Source: Octopus vulgaris (taxonomy: Eukaryota). From it: a stretch of DNA of 64,000 nt. A model generated the notes under the pieces. That model was not told the origin of the DNA. It searched no databases and saw nothing but the letters and a program-made list of their open reading frames with translations. The DNA is taken from contig OX597820.1 in the NCBI GenBank assembly GCA_951406725.2, positions 7,998,001 through 8,062,000 on the forward strand, written 5' to 3'. Below are positions 16,069 through 28,714 of this stretch, piece after piece. How positions within the stretch are numbered: the first letter of the stretch is position 1; each line of letters starts with the position of its first letter. The position numbers were made by a program, and so were the translations under genes.

Positions 16069-17782
16069 CAGTAGTTTTATTTTTATAGCGTGTTTTCACT
16101 TCACTGCCGAGCGCAGCTGTGTGCCTTGGGTATGTGCTGTGATTTGTTGCGATGCTCTGATGGTTATTGTATGGAAAGTGTTCTGCGTAGGATGTGTGCA
16201 GTGCCTAGTAGTGCAATTTTCTGTATGTTATATGTGTTTGTAAGTCCTGGTGTCTTTGTTATGTATTTGTCTGAATATTTTTTTTATCATGCCTAATACA
16301 CCTACTATGATAGGAATTGTTTCTGGTTTTAGATTCCACATTCTGGTTACCTCTATTTCCAGGTCTTTGTATTTTGAGAGTTTCTCCATTTCTTTTAGAG
16401 ACACGTTGTCATCTGCCGGTATTGATACATCAATTAGAAAGCATTTTTTTCTTCATGATCTCTGACAACTATATCTGGTCTGTTGGCCTTAATTTCTCTA
16501 TCTGTGTGTATCGGCATATCCCAGAGTATGGTTGCTTTCTCGTTTTCTGTGACCTTTTCTGGTGTGTGCCTATACCATCTTTTTTCTGTTGTTATTCCAT
16601 AATGTTGGCATAGCTTCCAATGTATTTAGGTTCCAACTCTGTCATGTCTGTGAATATATTCCTTCTTAGCCAGGACTGGGCAGCTAGAGATAATATGATT
16701 TATTGTTTCTTTTCCATCTCCACATATTCTGCAGTTACTTGTAATATTTCTTTTCATTACATGTTTTTGGTAATTTCTGGTGGGGAGGCTTTGGTCTTGT
16801 GCTGCAATTAAAAATCCCTCTGTTTCTGCTTTGAGTCCTGAGCTTCTCAACCATTGCTGGGATTTTTCTTTGTCTATTTCTTTGCGTTTAGTTTAGTCCA
16901 GTATTTACCATGAAGGGGCTTTTCTTGCCATCGTTTTATCATGGTTCGTTACTGTTCTATTTTTAGTTTGGATTTCATTTGTTTTATAGCTTTTGTTGTT
17001 TCTTCATCATCTTCTTCTTCTTTGTGTTTATTAGATGGTATGATTTCTTGTTTGTATTTGTCAGCTTCCTTAAATACTGAGAACAGTTTTTTGTTTTGCT
17101 CGTGTTTTGCCGCTATTTGTATCAGTTTTCCTTCCTTCTGAAGTAGATATTTTTGCAGTCCTATGGTGGTTATTTTATAGTAGTTTTCCAGTTGTATAAG
17201 GCCTCTACCACCTTCTATACGTTGTATATATAGTCTTTCTATGTCAGATTTGGGGTGATGCATCCTAGATCCTGTCATTATTTTTCTTGTTTTTTATCTA
17301 TTTTGGTCAGTTCATTTCGTGTCCAGTTAAGGATATTGTAGCTGTAACTTATAACTGGGACAGCTAAAGTGTTAATACCTATTATCATGTTTTTAGCATT
17401 GAGCTCTGTTTTTAGTATTGATCTAACTCGTCTATAATATTCTTTCTTTAATTTATCTTTCATTTGTGTGTGTTGTGTCTTATCTAGTTCATGGATTCCT
17501 AAGTACTTGTAAGTTTGGCTTTGGTCTAATTCTTTTATTTCATTGGTTTTATCTAGTGTGATGTTGCTACTCTTAACTAGTTTTCCTCTTTTCATGGTTA
17601 CTTTGGCGCATTTTTCTAATCCAAATTTCATATCTATTTCTTTGGTAAATCCATGACCTGTCTTTAATAGTGTTTCCAGCTGTTTGTCATTTGCAGCGTA
17701 TAGTTTTAGGTCATCCATATATAAAAGGTGGCTGATCGTTTTGCCGTAACATTTATATCCGCATCCAGTTCTATTTAGTATA
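16069..17782 (-). mobile_element. 5'-truncated RLE-type non-LTR retrotransposon (R4/Dong-like), copy 2 with frameshifts
   Basis: RT motifs HLLYMDDLKLY, FGLEKC, YKYLG, GGRGL; CRIC..H..SSC, RHD; flanked by (TAA)n. Confidence 0.9.
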
Positions 17783-17783
17783 A

Positions 17784-17816
<33 letters not shown>

Positions 17817-17913
17817 GAAGAAGAAGAAGAAGAAGAAGAAGAAGAAGAAGAAGAAGAAGAAGAAGAAGAAGAAGAAGAAGAAGAAGAAGAAGAAGAAGAA
17901 GAAGAAGAAGAAT

Positions 17914-18122
17914 GCGGTGAGCTGGCAAAATCGTTAGCAAGCTGGGGGAAATGCTTTGTAGCATTTCGTCCGTCTTTATGATCTGAGTTCAAATCCTGCC
18001 GAGGTTAACTTTACCTTTCATCATTTCGGGGTCGATAAATTGAGTACCAGTTGAACACTGGGGTCGATGTGATCGACTTAGCCCTCCACTACCCCGAATT
18101 TGCTGGTCTTGTGCCAAAGAAA
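17914..18122 (+). mobile_element. SINE family B
   Basis: gcggtgagctggca head and core; follows (GAA)n 17817-17911. Confidence 0.85.
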
Positions 18123-18797
18123 CTAATATTTGACGAAGGACATATTGCATTGAGATTGCTCAGTATAAGCTATAGGCTGTATGTTGTATATGTGTGTGTG
18201 TGTGTGTGTATGTGTGTGTGAGTCCTGAGATACACTACTCAATATGCATGCGATACCCAGTAATCTTATTTTTGTATGTGTAACTCTTGTGCTACTCCGC
18301 TGTAATGTCCATGCAATTCCAAATAGAAGCACTCATATACGCAAATACGCAACTCTTTAGATTTTGGCGACATATTTGTCTGCATCTCTTAATAAACCCA
18401 TTCCAAAACCCATATTATAGAGATTCTGTCTATTTTCTAACCTCACACGCAGGATCGCGTGTCTATTTTAAGACGTACGGGCTGCCATAGATTGAATCGA
18501 ACTCCCGTACATAGCTGGTTATTATTTCATCTCACATAGAAATGAGACTAATCACTGCTTGTCATTATCGTGCGTCCCACAGAAGGAAGAGAGAAATTAA
18601 CATTGACACATATACTGACTTAGAAAATCAGTTATTGTATTAAATAAACTAATTTGGTTATTTGAGCAGAGATACCACCTGCATGACAAAAGCAAATAGT
18701 TAAGTAACTGTTAATGAATACTCAACAACAATTAAAAGATAATTATGCGGTGAGAAAACAGGTCGCCAAGTAAGGGAGATAATTTGAGGATGTTTCT

Positions 18798-19769
18798 TAT
18801 TTCATTATTGCCCACAAGGGGCTAAACATAGAGAGGACAAACAAGGACAGACAAAGGGATTTAAGTCGATTACATCGACCCCAGTGCATGACTGGTACTT
18901 AATTTATCGACCCCGAAAGGATGAAAGGCAAAGTCGACCTCGGCGGAATTTGAACTCAGAACGTAGTGGCAGACGAAATACCTATTTCTTTACTACCCAC
19001 AAGAGGCTAAACATAGAGGGGACAAACAAGGACAGACAAAGGGATTTAAGTCGATTACATCGACCCCAGTGCGTGACTGGTACTTAATTTATCGACCCCG
19101 AAAGGATGAAAGGCAAAGTCGACCTCGGCGGAATTTGAACTCAGAACGTAGTGGCAGACGAAATACCTATTTCTTTACTACCCACAAGAGGCTAAACATA
19201 GAGGGGACAAACAAGGACAGACAAAGGGATTTAAGTCGATTACATCGACCCCAGTGCATGACTGGTACTTAATTTATCGACCCCGAAAGGATGAAAGGCA
19301 AAGTCGACCTCGGCGGAATTTGAACTCAGAACGTAGTGGCAGACGAAATACCTATTTCTTTACTACCCACAAGAGGCTAAACATAGAGGGGACAAACAAG
19401 GACAGACAAAGGGATTTAAGTCGATTACATCGACCCCAGTGCGTAACTGGTACTTAATTTATCGACCCCGAAAGGATGAAAGGCAAAGTCGACCTAGGCG
19501 GAATTTGAACTCAGAACGTAGTGGCAGACGAAATACCTATTTCTTTACTACCCACAAGAGGCTAAACATAGAGGGGACAAACAAGGACAGAAAAAGGGAT
19601 TTAAGTCGATTACATCGACCCCAGTGCGTGACTGGTACTTAATTTATCGACCCCGAAAGGATAAAAGGCAAAGTCGACCTCGGTGGAATTTGAACTCAGA
19701 ACGTGAAGACGGACGAAATGTCGCTAAGCATTTTGCCCGGCGTGCTAACGTTTCTGCCAGCTCGCCGCC
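18798..19769 (-). mobile_element. Pentameric SINE B array: one tRNA-like head plus five 185-bp bodies, 15-bp TSD
   Basis: 185-bp period (ORF starts 18884, 19069, 19254, 19439, 19624); tttgaggatgtttct at 18783-18797 and 19770-19784. Confidence 0.93.
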
Positions 19770-20646
19770 TTTGAGGATGTTTCTGCCTTATAAAACTTCA
19801 TCAGCTTAGCAGAGTCTTCGCCGGTCTTGCAGAAGTGGCAGATGTTAGAATAACTGTTGGTATTGTTGTTTAACTCCAAAGAACAGTTCTATGACCAAAG
19901 ACATTCTTGGCATGACGACCTTGTTGTTGTTTAAGCGCAGGTTAGTCCTGATTCAACACATCTGTAATGAAAGATCTTCCCTCCATGATCATCACGTCTA
20001 TTTTAGACATGATATAAGACTGCATCATTTAACTAACCCTTCTCTACCACATTTTAAGACTACCCGGCGTGATTTGAGGAAGATTCGACTACTGTTTCTT
20101 ACAGATCAAGCCACCAAGTCCATCTCTCCACTTGATTCGGTGGTCTACTATTTTAGCCAAGTGGTAATCTGTCTCGTTAATGACCACAACCCATTTGGAT
20201 GACCGGCCAAGAATCACTTTCTTAATGTGACATGGCCCTCAGCTAAAGAGAGAAAATATATAATAATAATAATAATAATAATAAGGGTATGTAAGTTAGT
20301 GGTAGACGTTCGTTATGTGTAAACTATATGTGATATCCTGTTTGTTGAATATTAAATCAGAACTAAACATGTTCAGGAGTGGTCCATTGCCAGACATTAA
20401 AACGATTCGCACAAAGCAACAGCAATTTACATCGGTGAGACTGAAATATTCATAGAGAACTCATTAATCTTTCTAATATACATATATATATATGTATATA
20501 TATGAGGTGGAGTGCGTGTGCGCATATATGTGGCTGTGTTTGTGAGTATACATCTGTGTAGGCTCATATATCCATACATGTATGTATTAGTGTATACGTA
20601 TATACACGATACACATGTATATGTAGATATGTGTCTATGTGTGTAT

Positions 20647-20688
<42 letters not shown>

Positions 20689-20801
20689 ATAGATACACAT
20701 GCATGTATAAAAATACACATATATACATATATATACACACATATACACACATATATACATATATACTCATATACGTATTTAACTGTTTATAATCAAATAT
20801 T

Positions 20802-20833
<32 letters not shown>

Positions 20834-20841
20834 CACGCGCG

Positions 20842-20898
<57 letters not shown>

Positions 20899-20920
20899 GA
20901 GAAATCTTCAGGAAGCTCAT

Positions 20921-20971
20921 AGCTTCCTGAAGATTTCTCTTGAATGAAACAGTTCTAGTCCTGTAGAAGCT
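20921..20971 (+). ncRNA. Complete type-I hammerhead ribozyme motif (family H2)
   Basis: AGCUUC-CUGAAGA-(U)UUC ucuu GAA(U)-GAAA-CAG uucuaguc CUG-UA^-GAAGCU; 6-bp stem I; predicted cut after 20965. Confidence 0.8.
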
Positions 20972-20982
20972 CCTTCTATATA

Positions 20983-21030
<48 letters not shown>

Positions 21031-21033
<3 letters not shown>

Positions 21034-21384
21034 TATCTTTTCTGTTGTCAAAGAATATATTTCTCCAGCGTTCGCTATTTTACCCTCGTTCTGGTCTAAC
21101 GACCCTCCATGTTTGTTTGCGTTCAGTTTTCTTGTATGTTTCCACTGTCCTGTTTTTGATCCTATCTTTGACCCTCCATAGATCCCAAATTTGATTTTGG
21201 TACTTATGGGAGCAACTGTCTTCGAAGACTCATATTGTCGGTCAATGCACGAAATGAGGAGTAGACAGACAGCCGGCAACTGATGAAGGGTCGTTCTTTA
21301 TGCTACTTGTCCTGTTTTCCATTTGTTTCTCTCGTTTCATTTGCTTTCGTATCTCATGTTTACTGTTGGTGATGTCCTGTACCC

Positions 21385-21385
<1 letters not shown>
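21031..21385. mobile_element. Unclassified ~355-bp insert between (TA)n tracts
   Basis: Complex sequence bounded on both sides by long (TA)n; internal hairpin 21216-21268. Confidence 0.45.
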
Positions 21386-21417
<32 letters not shown>

Positions 21418-21426
21418 AACATATAT

Positions 21427-21473
<47 letters not shown>

Positions 21474-21474
21474 T

Positions 21475-21512
<38 letters not shown>

Positions 21513-21521
21513 AACATATAT

Positions 21522-21558
<37 letters not shown>

Positions 21559-21565
21559 GTTTGTG

Positions 21566-21630
<65 letters not shown>

Positions 21631-21635
<5 letters not shown>

Positions 21636-21940
21636 GGTGCAATGGCCCAGTGGTTAGGGCAGCGGACTCGCGGTCGTAGGATTGCGGTTTCGATTCCCAG
21701 ACCGGGCGTTGTGAGTGTTTATTGAGCGAAAATACATAAAAGCTCCACGATGCTCCGGTAGGGTGTGGTGGTGATCCCTGCTGTAATCTTTCACCACAAC
21801 TTTCTCTCACTCTTTCTTCTGTTGGCCTGCTCGTTTAGCCAGCGAGGTGGCGTCATTTCAAGGCTAAACAATGCGAAGCACACTGTGACCAGCGATGTGT
21901 AGCAACATCTGATAACCTGGTCGGTCACGTGATCACGTGA
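21631..21940 (+). mobile_element. SINE family A (tRNA-derived head), tail type 1
   Basis: A box tggcccagtgg, B box gtttcgattcc; tail shared with 29550-29841. Confidence 0.9.
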
Positions 21941-21947
21941 GATATAT

Positions 21948-22020
<73 letters not shown>

Positions 22021-22362
22021 CATACACAGACACACACAGAGAAAGTCAGGTAGACAGTCAGATAGGCGGATAGCTGTGATCTCTTTTACCAGAGATTTCT
22101 TAACGTATCTCTACAGAAATATCTCTAATATTACTCTTTTTGTCAAGATATGCATTCAAATGTTACACTCTCAAAGGGAAACAACCTCGTTTTGGTCGCT
22201 CTGCTCTTCTTAGTTGTGAAGCAATAAGGAAAAGAGAAAGTAGTACGAGCGTTAGTGGGAGGTGTGTGAAAGGTCAGAGGAGAAACAGCAATTCCTAATT
22301 GTTACTAATTCTATATATTTTTTATTACTATTACTATTAGTATTACTATAGAAAACTATTAG

Positions 22363-23394
22363 ACCAGTTTGATTCAAAAGCTTATCGGACTTTTTCACTG
22401 GTAAATTTTGGCAACTTGTACCGCCATGTTATATCGTTAATTTGATACAACATGTTGGCCAATCGTTGCTGAATTGTTTATTCTTTATTTTCCAGATTTG
22501 ATAATGAGTCGTGAAAAATTTGCAATTAAAGCCATTTTACTCAACTTGTGACGGTAAAGGGTCGCGGCAAAGGACATTATGGAGAAGGCCCAGGAACTGT
22601 CAAGGAACGTGTAGTAGAAAACTGGTTCAGACATTTCAAGGAGGTTGACACAAGCCTCGAAGAAAAACCAATGTCAGGGAAATCTTTTGCTGTGGAAGAT
22701 AAGGCCTTAATTGAAATAATTGAGCAACAGCCAGGCACAAACACTTGTACATTGTCGGCAAGACTTGGTCTTTCACAAAGCACCATCAGTCGACGCCTCC
22801 ATCAGCTCGGTCGGGTTAACAGACGCTGTCGAAAAGTTACTCGTGAACTGACCAGTAACCAGACTCAATGACGTGTGAACATCTGCAAACAAGTGTTGGC
22901 AAGTCCTCTAGGTAACCGTTTTCGGCGTCGAATTGCAACTGGAGATGAAAAACGGGTGTATTTTCGTAATCCTAATATGAGAAATAGGTGGCTTCGTTAT
23001 AACCAGGCTTCAGAACCTGTTGTCAAAGAAGGGCTGCCAATCTGACCAAGTGCAAACTTGAGGAACTTGAGGGGCTGGAAGTACTGCCTCACCTTGTCTA
23101 CAGTCCAGATCCCTTGCACCATCAGATCATCACCTTTTCTGAACCAGTGCTCATTTCCTGCACAATCGGAGCTTCAGCAATATGGACGATGTCGAAAACG
23201 GAGGCAGGGAGTTTTTTGCCTCTGAGCCCGGCAAATGTTTTAAGCGTGGAACCGAAATTCAGGCATAGCAATTGGCAACAGACAACAGAATATCATGGGA
23301 TATATTTTGGTAACTAAACGCTTTTCGTATGTAATTTGTTTGAATTGTTAATTAAGGCTTGAAAAAGGAAAAAATGCTTTTCACTCCACCCGGT
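22363..23394 (+). mobile_element. Decayed, internally deleted mariner
   Basis: WFRHFKEVDTSLEEKPMSGK, ATGDEKRVYF, HLVYSPD; degenerate TIRs (acc...aaaagc...tttttc). Confidence 0.8.
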
Positions 23395-23685
23395 AGTGCT
23401 ACTAATACTAAGACGTAGTACACGGCCGAATAGGGGTGGAAACGATGAAATCAAGGAGATAAAGGATATTTGGGGCGCACAGTGAATAAATTTTCATTAA
23501 AAAGGCATTTTATGCCCTATTTTAAAAAAGTTTAACACAACTTTCATCCTTTCTCCAACAAATCGAACGCCAGTTCACTGTGATATCTACTTCCTGTCAT
23601 CGTCTTTTAATATTCAGGACATGACAGTCCTGTTTAGTTTTCTTTGTATCTTATTCTATTTAATAAAGGTATTGCTATCGTCTTC

Positions 23686-23915
23686 CGGCGAGCTGGCAGA
23701 AACGTTAGCACGCTGGGCGGAATGCTTAGCGGTGTTTCGTCTGCCGCTACGTTCTGAGTTCAAATTCCGCCGAGGCCGACTTTGCCTTTCATCCTTTCGG
23801 GGTCTATTGAATAAGTACCAGTTACGTACTGGGGTCGATATAATCGACTTAATCCGTTTGTTTGTCCTCTCTGTGTTTAGCCCCTTGTGGGTAGTAAAGA
23901 AATAGGTATTTCGTC
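23686..23915 (+). mobile_element. SINE family B, running into the start of a second unit
   Basis: Full head and body, ending ...aaagaaata-ggtatttcgtc. Confidence 0.9.
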
Positions 23916-24709
23916 TTCGTTTTCAAATGGTACAGCAATTTGGCTGCCATTTCTAGTGGATTGATTGACGCATAAAGCTAGCTATCTATATTTGTGAATG
24001 CCGTAGTAGCTATTGTTAATGGTTGTTAGGGCTGATGTTTAGCACCAGGTGACCTGTGTTCAACGACGTGCCAACCGTGACCTTCTGCTTCCATACAATG
24101 TATTCTCCTCCAAGATGGAGACTGCTATTTGATGTATATCGATAACAATATACATCCTTAGTGAGTGTATATATTTACTACACTTCTACTGAGTGTATAC
24201 TAGTAAACCTAATGCACACAACTTTAGCGAGGGTATATAAGTGCTCTTACTCGGGAGACAGGGCTAATTAAAGATGTGCAATTAGTAATCTTTTAATTAA
24301 AGTTATGTAATTAAGAATGCGAAAAAGGAGTTGTATTTAATGAATACGTAATTAGGAAGATAGAGATGGTGAATTGTATTTAGGGAGCTATGGTGGTGGT
24401 GGTGGTGGTGGTGGTGGTGGTGGTGGTGGCGGTAGTGTGGGTGGGGGTGATGGGGGAGGGAGGGTTCTAGACGGTAGTAGATGATGATGGGTAAGGATGT
24501 AGTGGTGGTAGTGGTGTTGTAGTTGTGTTGATGTACCATGTGTTGATGTATGGCGGGTAGTAGTGGTGTTTTGGTACGTGTGAAGGCTGTAGTGTAGTGA
24601 TGGTGTAGTTATACCAGTAATAATGGTGTGGCTGTAGTAGTAGTAGTAGTAGTAGTACAGTTGTGGCGACAGTATGATATTCACACAAACCTATCGTTTA
24701 TTCCTTCAA

Positions 24710-25752
24710 AGCTCAGACCTACCCCTATCGCTCAAACCTACCCCTATCGCTCAAACCTACCCCTATCGCTCAGACCTAACCCCTATCGCTCAGACCTACC
24801 CCCTATCGCTCAGACCTACCCCCTATCGCTCAAACCTATCCCTATCGCTCAGACCTACCCATATCGCTCAGACCTACCCCCTATCGCTCAGACCTACCCC
24901 TATCGCTCAGACCTACCCCCTATCGCTCAGACCTACCCCTATCGCTCAGACCTACCCCCTATCGCTCAGATCTACCCCTATCGCTCAGACCTACCCCCTA
25001 TCGCTCAGATCTACCCCTATCGCTCAGACCTACCCCTATCGCTCAGACCTACCCCCTATCGCTCAGACCTACCCCCTATCGCTCAGACCTACCCCTATCG
25101 CTCAGACCTACCCCCTGTCGCTCAGATCTACCCCTATCGCTCAGACCTAACCCCTATCGCTCAGACCTACCCCCTATCGCTCAGACCTACCCCTATCGCT
25201 CAGACCTACCCCTATCGCTCAGACCTACCCCCTATCGCTCAGATCTACCCCTATCGCTCAGACCTAACCCCTATCGCTCAGACCTACCCCCTATCGCTCA
25301 GACCTACCCCTATCGCTCAGACCTACCCCCTATCGCTCAGACCTACCCCTATCGCTCAGACCTACCCCCTATCGCTCAGACCTACCCCTATCGCTCAGAC
25401 CTACCCCCTGTCGCTCAGATCTACCCCTATCGCTCAGACCTAACCCCTATCGCTCAGACCTACCCCCTATCGCTCAGACCTACCCCTATCGCTCAGACCT
25501 ACCCCCTATCGCTCAGACCTACCCCTATCGCTCAGACCTACCCCCTATCGCTCAGATCTACCCCTATCGCTCAGACCTAACCCCTATTGCTCAGACCTAC
25601 CCCCTATCGCTCAGACCTACCCCTATCGCTCAGACCTACCCCCTATCGCTCAGATCTACCCCTATCGCTCAGACCTAACCCCTATCGCTCAGACCTACCC
25701 TCTATCGCACATACCTACCCCTATCGCTCAGACCTACCCCTATCGCTCAGAC
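24710..25752. repeat. 19-20 bp minisatellite (cgctcagacctacccctat), ~53 copies
   Basis: Direct tandem repeats differing in C4/C5 run, gatct and ctaacc variants. Confidence 0.97.
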
Positions 25753-26671
25753 ACAGTCACCGGAGATGTTCTTTCAGCCATTGATACAACTCCATGCTCA
25801 ATGTCACAGCTTATTGGTTAGACACAACAGCTCGACAATATGGCTCGACCAATCACTACTGGTGGACTTGTTATGGTTGATGTGATGAACTTCCGTGGAA
25901 CCCTGAGCACTTTTCCTTACGGTTATAAAATTAGATTGAGACCTCAACCCCATATGAATGCTACTCAGTATACCTCGAGGGGATACGTCACAGAGCTCTG
26001 TGTGTCTCTCACCCTTTTACTTTTCCCTTCTTAACATGCTTGTATCGTATTCAACAAGAGTTATCAGCCTCGAAGAGTGATGTCGAATCATGTACACTGC
26101 TTTATATTCAGAAGTTCTCATACTTTCTACTTATTTCGTCTTCAATAACTACGAACTTATTTCATATCATCTCGCATGTTTTTTGAGGGGTTTTTTTCTA
26201 CAAAAGATTCCTAATTATTGTTTGTTATCTCATGAATGTTGCTCCATGAAATCAAATATGTGTGTACACATGTAAAAATAAACAATGAAGATTAATAAAA
26301 ATGTATGAAAACTGAAATGCATATTAGCGTGGTCCTTCTAGCTTTCATATTGTTTACAGCCAACGAAGAATTAAGGACTAAAATCCCACACAAAACAGTG
26401 ATGCCCTATACTTGCACATATAATCTTTTAGTGGGGTATTGAGGGCTTGATTTCTAACTTAGGCTCAAGATCAAGCATTACGGTGGAGGGATCAATCAGC
26501 CATATCGATTGCAGAATTTAAGGACTTAACTGAAGCTTATTTTATCGATTCTAACAAATCTGTGCAACAGAAACAGAAGAACAAAACGGAAAATTCTTGT
26601 TATTCCGTCATCACTTTATAGCCCACCAGATCGATCGTCCTTTCTGGGGATGAATTAAAATAATATATAAT

Positions 26672-27165
26672 AATGAAATTATTGTATACAGTGCTCAGGT
26701 GCACCACAACTTGTCTAAAGTGCGTATAAAGCATATGCAGTAATGTACAAATGCCTGGGAAGCTAACAGAGTATGAGTAAGATACATACTTGCGTGTATA
26801 TGGAGGGGAGGAGAAAATCAGGTGTAGTGTTGGTGAATCTCAGGAAGCATGGAAGTTTTGAAGGATGCAGTGCTCTGACAACTAACAACTGATGCCGCCA
26901 GTTTGTTCCATGCTTCAGCAACTCTCAGCGTGAAAAAATGTTTCCGAAAGTCATGGAAGCTGTGCTGTTTTCTGACTTTGTAAACATGTCCTGATGGAGG
27001 GTATTCTCTTGGTTGCACGTCGCTGAACGGCTTCCAGACGATTAATATCCTGAGCAAGATAGGGGTTCCAGACCGGTGGTGCAAATTCCAGGTGATGTCG
27101 TACCATAGCTATATAAAGCCGCAGATACATAGCCGGAGAGCGGCTCACAAAGGACTTGGTGATAT
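26672..27165 (-). mobile_element. CR1-like LINE 3' fragment (second family)
   Basis: LYIAMVRHHLEFAPPVWNP, LEAVQRRATK, FFTLRVAEAWNKL; 3' UTR shared with 35210-35400. Confidence 0.85.
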
Positions 27166-28410
27166 GGCGGATAATTTTACCCGTGGGGACACTACAAGGA
27201 AATATGGCAGACATGCAATAATTATAATTTAGCTTTAATCAAATTTCTTGGTGCTTATACGAAATGATGAAATATATCCTAATTTTTAAAAGAAAATTTA
27301 TAAAGCAATTTTATCTTTTGTCTAACTCCTCCCACAACTACTCTGTCACTTGTTACCTCCCCTCCGATGTCACAAGACTTCTTTCTCCCTCACTGTGTGT
27401 TGCTTTACTCATTGCCCGCCACCAAATCTAGTATGTGCAGTCATTCTGCACTTTCTAACCGTCTCTGTATGTCTCTTCATTCTCCCCGCCCCTACTCTTT
27501 ATACGATGAAAAGCGTGATTGGAAAAAAAAAACATTTGTACGCCAAACGTTTAGTTGCACCACATCAATGTGGGGGGTGTGAGTGTGTGTGTGTGTATTT
27601 ATGTGTGTGTATTTATGTGTGTGTATTTATGTGTGTGTGTTTGTGGGAGTGCGAGTGTGGGGGTGCGAGTGTGTGTGTGTGTGTTTATGTGTGTGTGTTT
27701 GTGGGGGTGCGAGTGTGTGTGTGTGTGTTTATGTATGTGTGTGTGAGTGTGGGGGGTGCGAGTGTGTGTGCTGGAAGCCTTCGCTAAGCAACAGTAGAAT
27801 GTTACATACCTGACACGAAGCGAATGTTTAAGGTAAGATCGAATGTGAAACGGTGAACTGGGATTGATATACTTTGGCGATTTTGGTAAGTCTTCCCTTT
27901 AGAAGAAAATGGTGGAACAAAGAAAAACCAGTAAAACAACCAGAAGCAAAAATATAAATAAATAAATCTTTATAACATCGTAAGTTTGAACAAAGTTGGA
28001 CAAGGAATCAACGAGAAGACCGTAATTAGATTGAATATGTTTCCATAAATTCTTCCAAATAGTGAGATTTATTTGAAAGATAGCAAAGTCGAGTCGCCTG
28101 AGGAATTTATGAAGCCTTCCAGAGGTGGAAAATCCCAAATTTTGATAATTAAAATCTGTAATTGAATAGTGATATTTGTATTCGGTGAATCTGTTGGAAC
28201 TGTTTAGTATTCATGGGTTGTATCATCGAGTGGTGAGGCCTACTAAAGATGGCTGCCTTCCCATCTACAACGCACTGATATATTATCATTGCCGCCAAAT
28301 ACACAAGCGCTAATCTGGTCTGCTTTCTTCACAAACTCATCAGTGTCCAGAAAAGCTAAGCTAAATATATTGCTTTTCAGTTACGTGCTGGGGACTGGCT
28401 CGAATTGGCG

Positions 28411-28444
<34 letters not shown>

Positions 28445-28479
<35 letters not shown>

Positions 28480-28510
28480 GGGTAGTTGTTGTAGCGCTGG
28501 CAACAACAAC

Positions 28511-28565
<55 letters not shown>

Positions 28566-28611
28566 TGCGTGTTGTTTTTCTTAATCCCCACTTCATTGAT
28601 GCTCCTGTGTC

Positions 28612-28649
<38 letters not shown>

Positions 28650-28680
28650 GGGTAGTTGTTGTAGCGCTGGCAACAACAAC

Positions 28681-28714
<34 letters not shown>

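Noticed and set aside
18884-19809. Tandem 67-aa ORFs, or a CRISPR-like array
   Set aside because: Antisense reading of SINE units; no unique spacers and no cas genes; eukaryotic context.
21631-21710. tRNA gene (also other SINE heads and the isolated B box at ~2389-2403)
   Set aside because: A/B boxes are present, but the heads continue into SINE bodies and no proper cloverleaf is evident.
24628-25784. Repetitive PIAQTY ORFs / CRISPR-like repeats
   Set aside because: Spacerless minisatellite with mixed 19/20-bp units.
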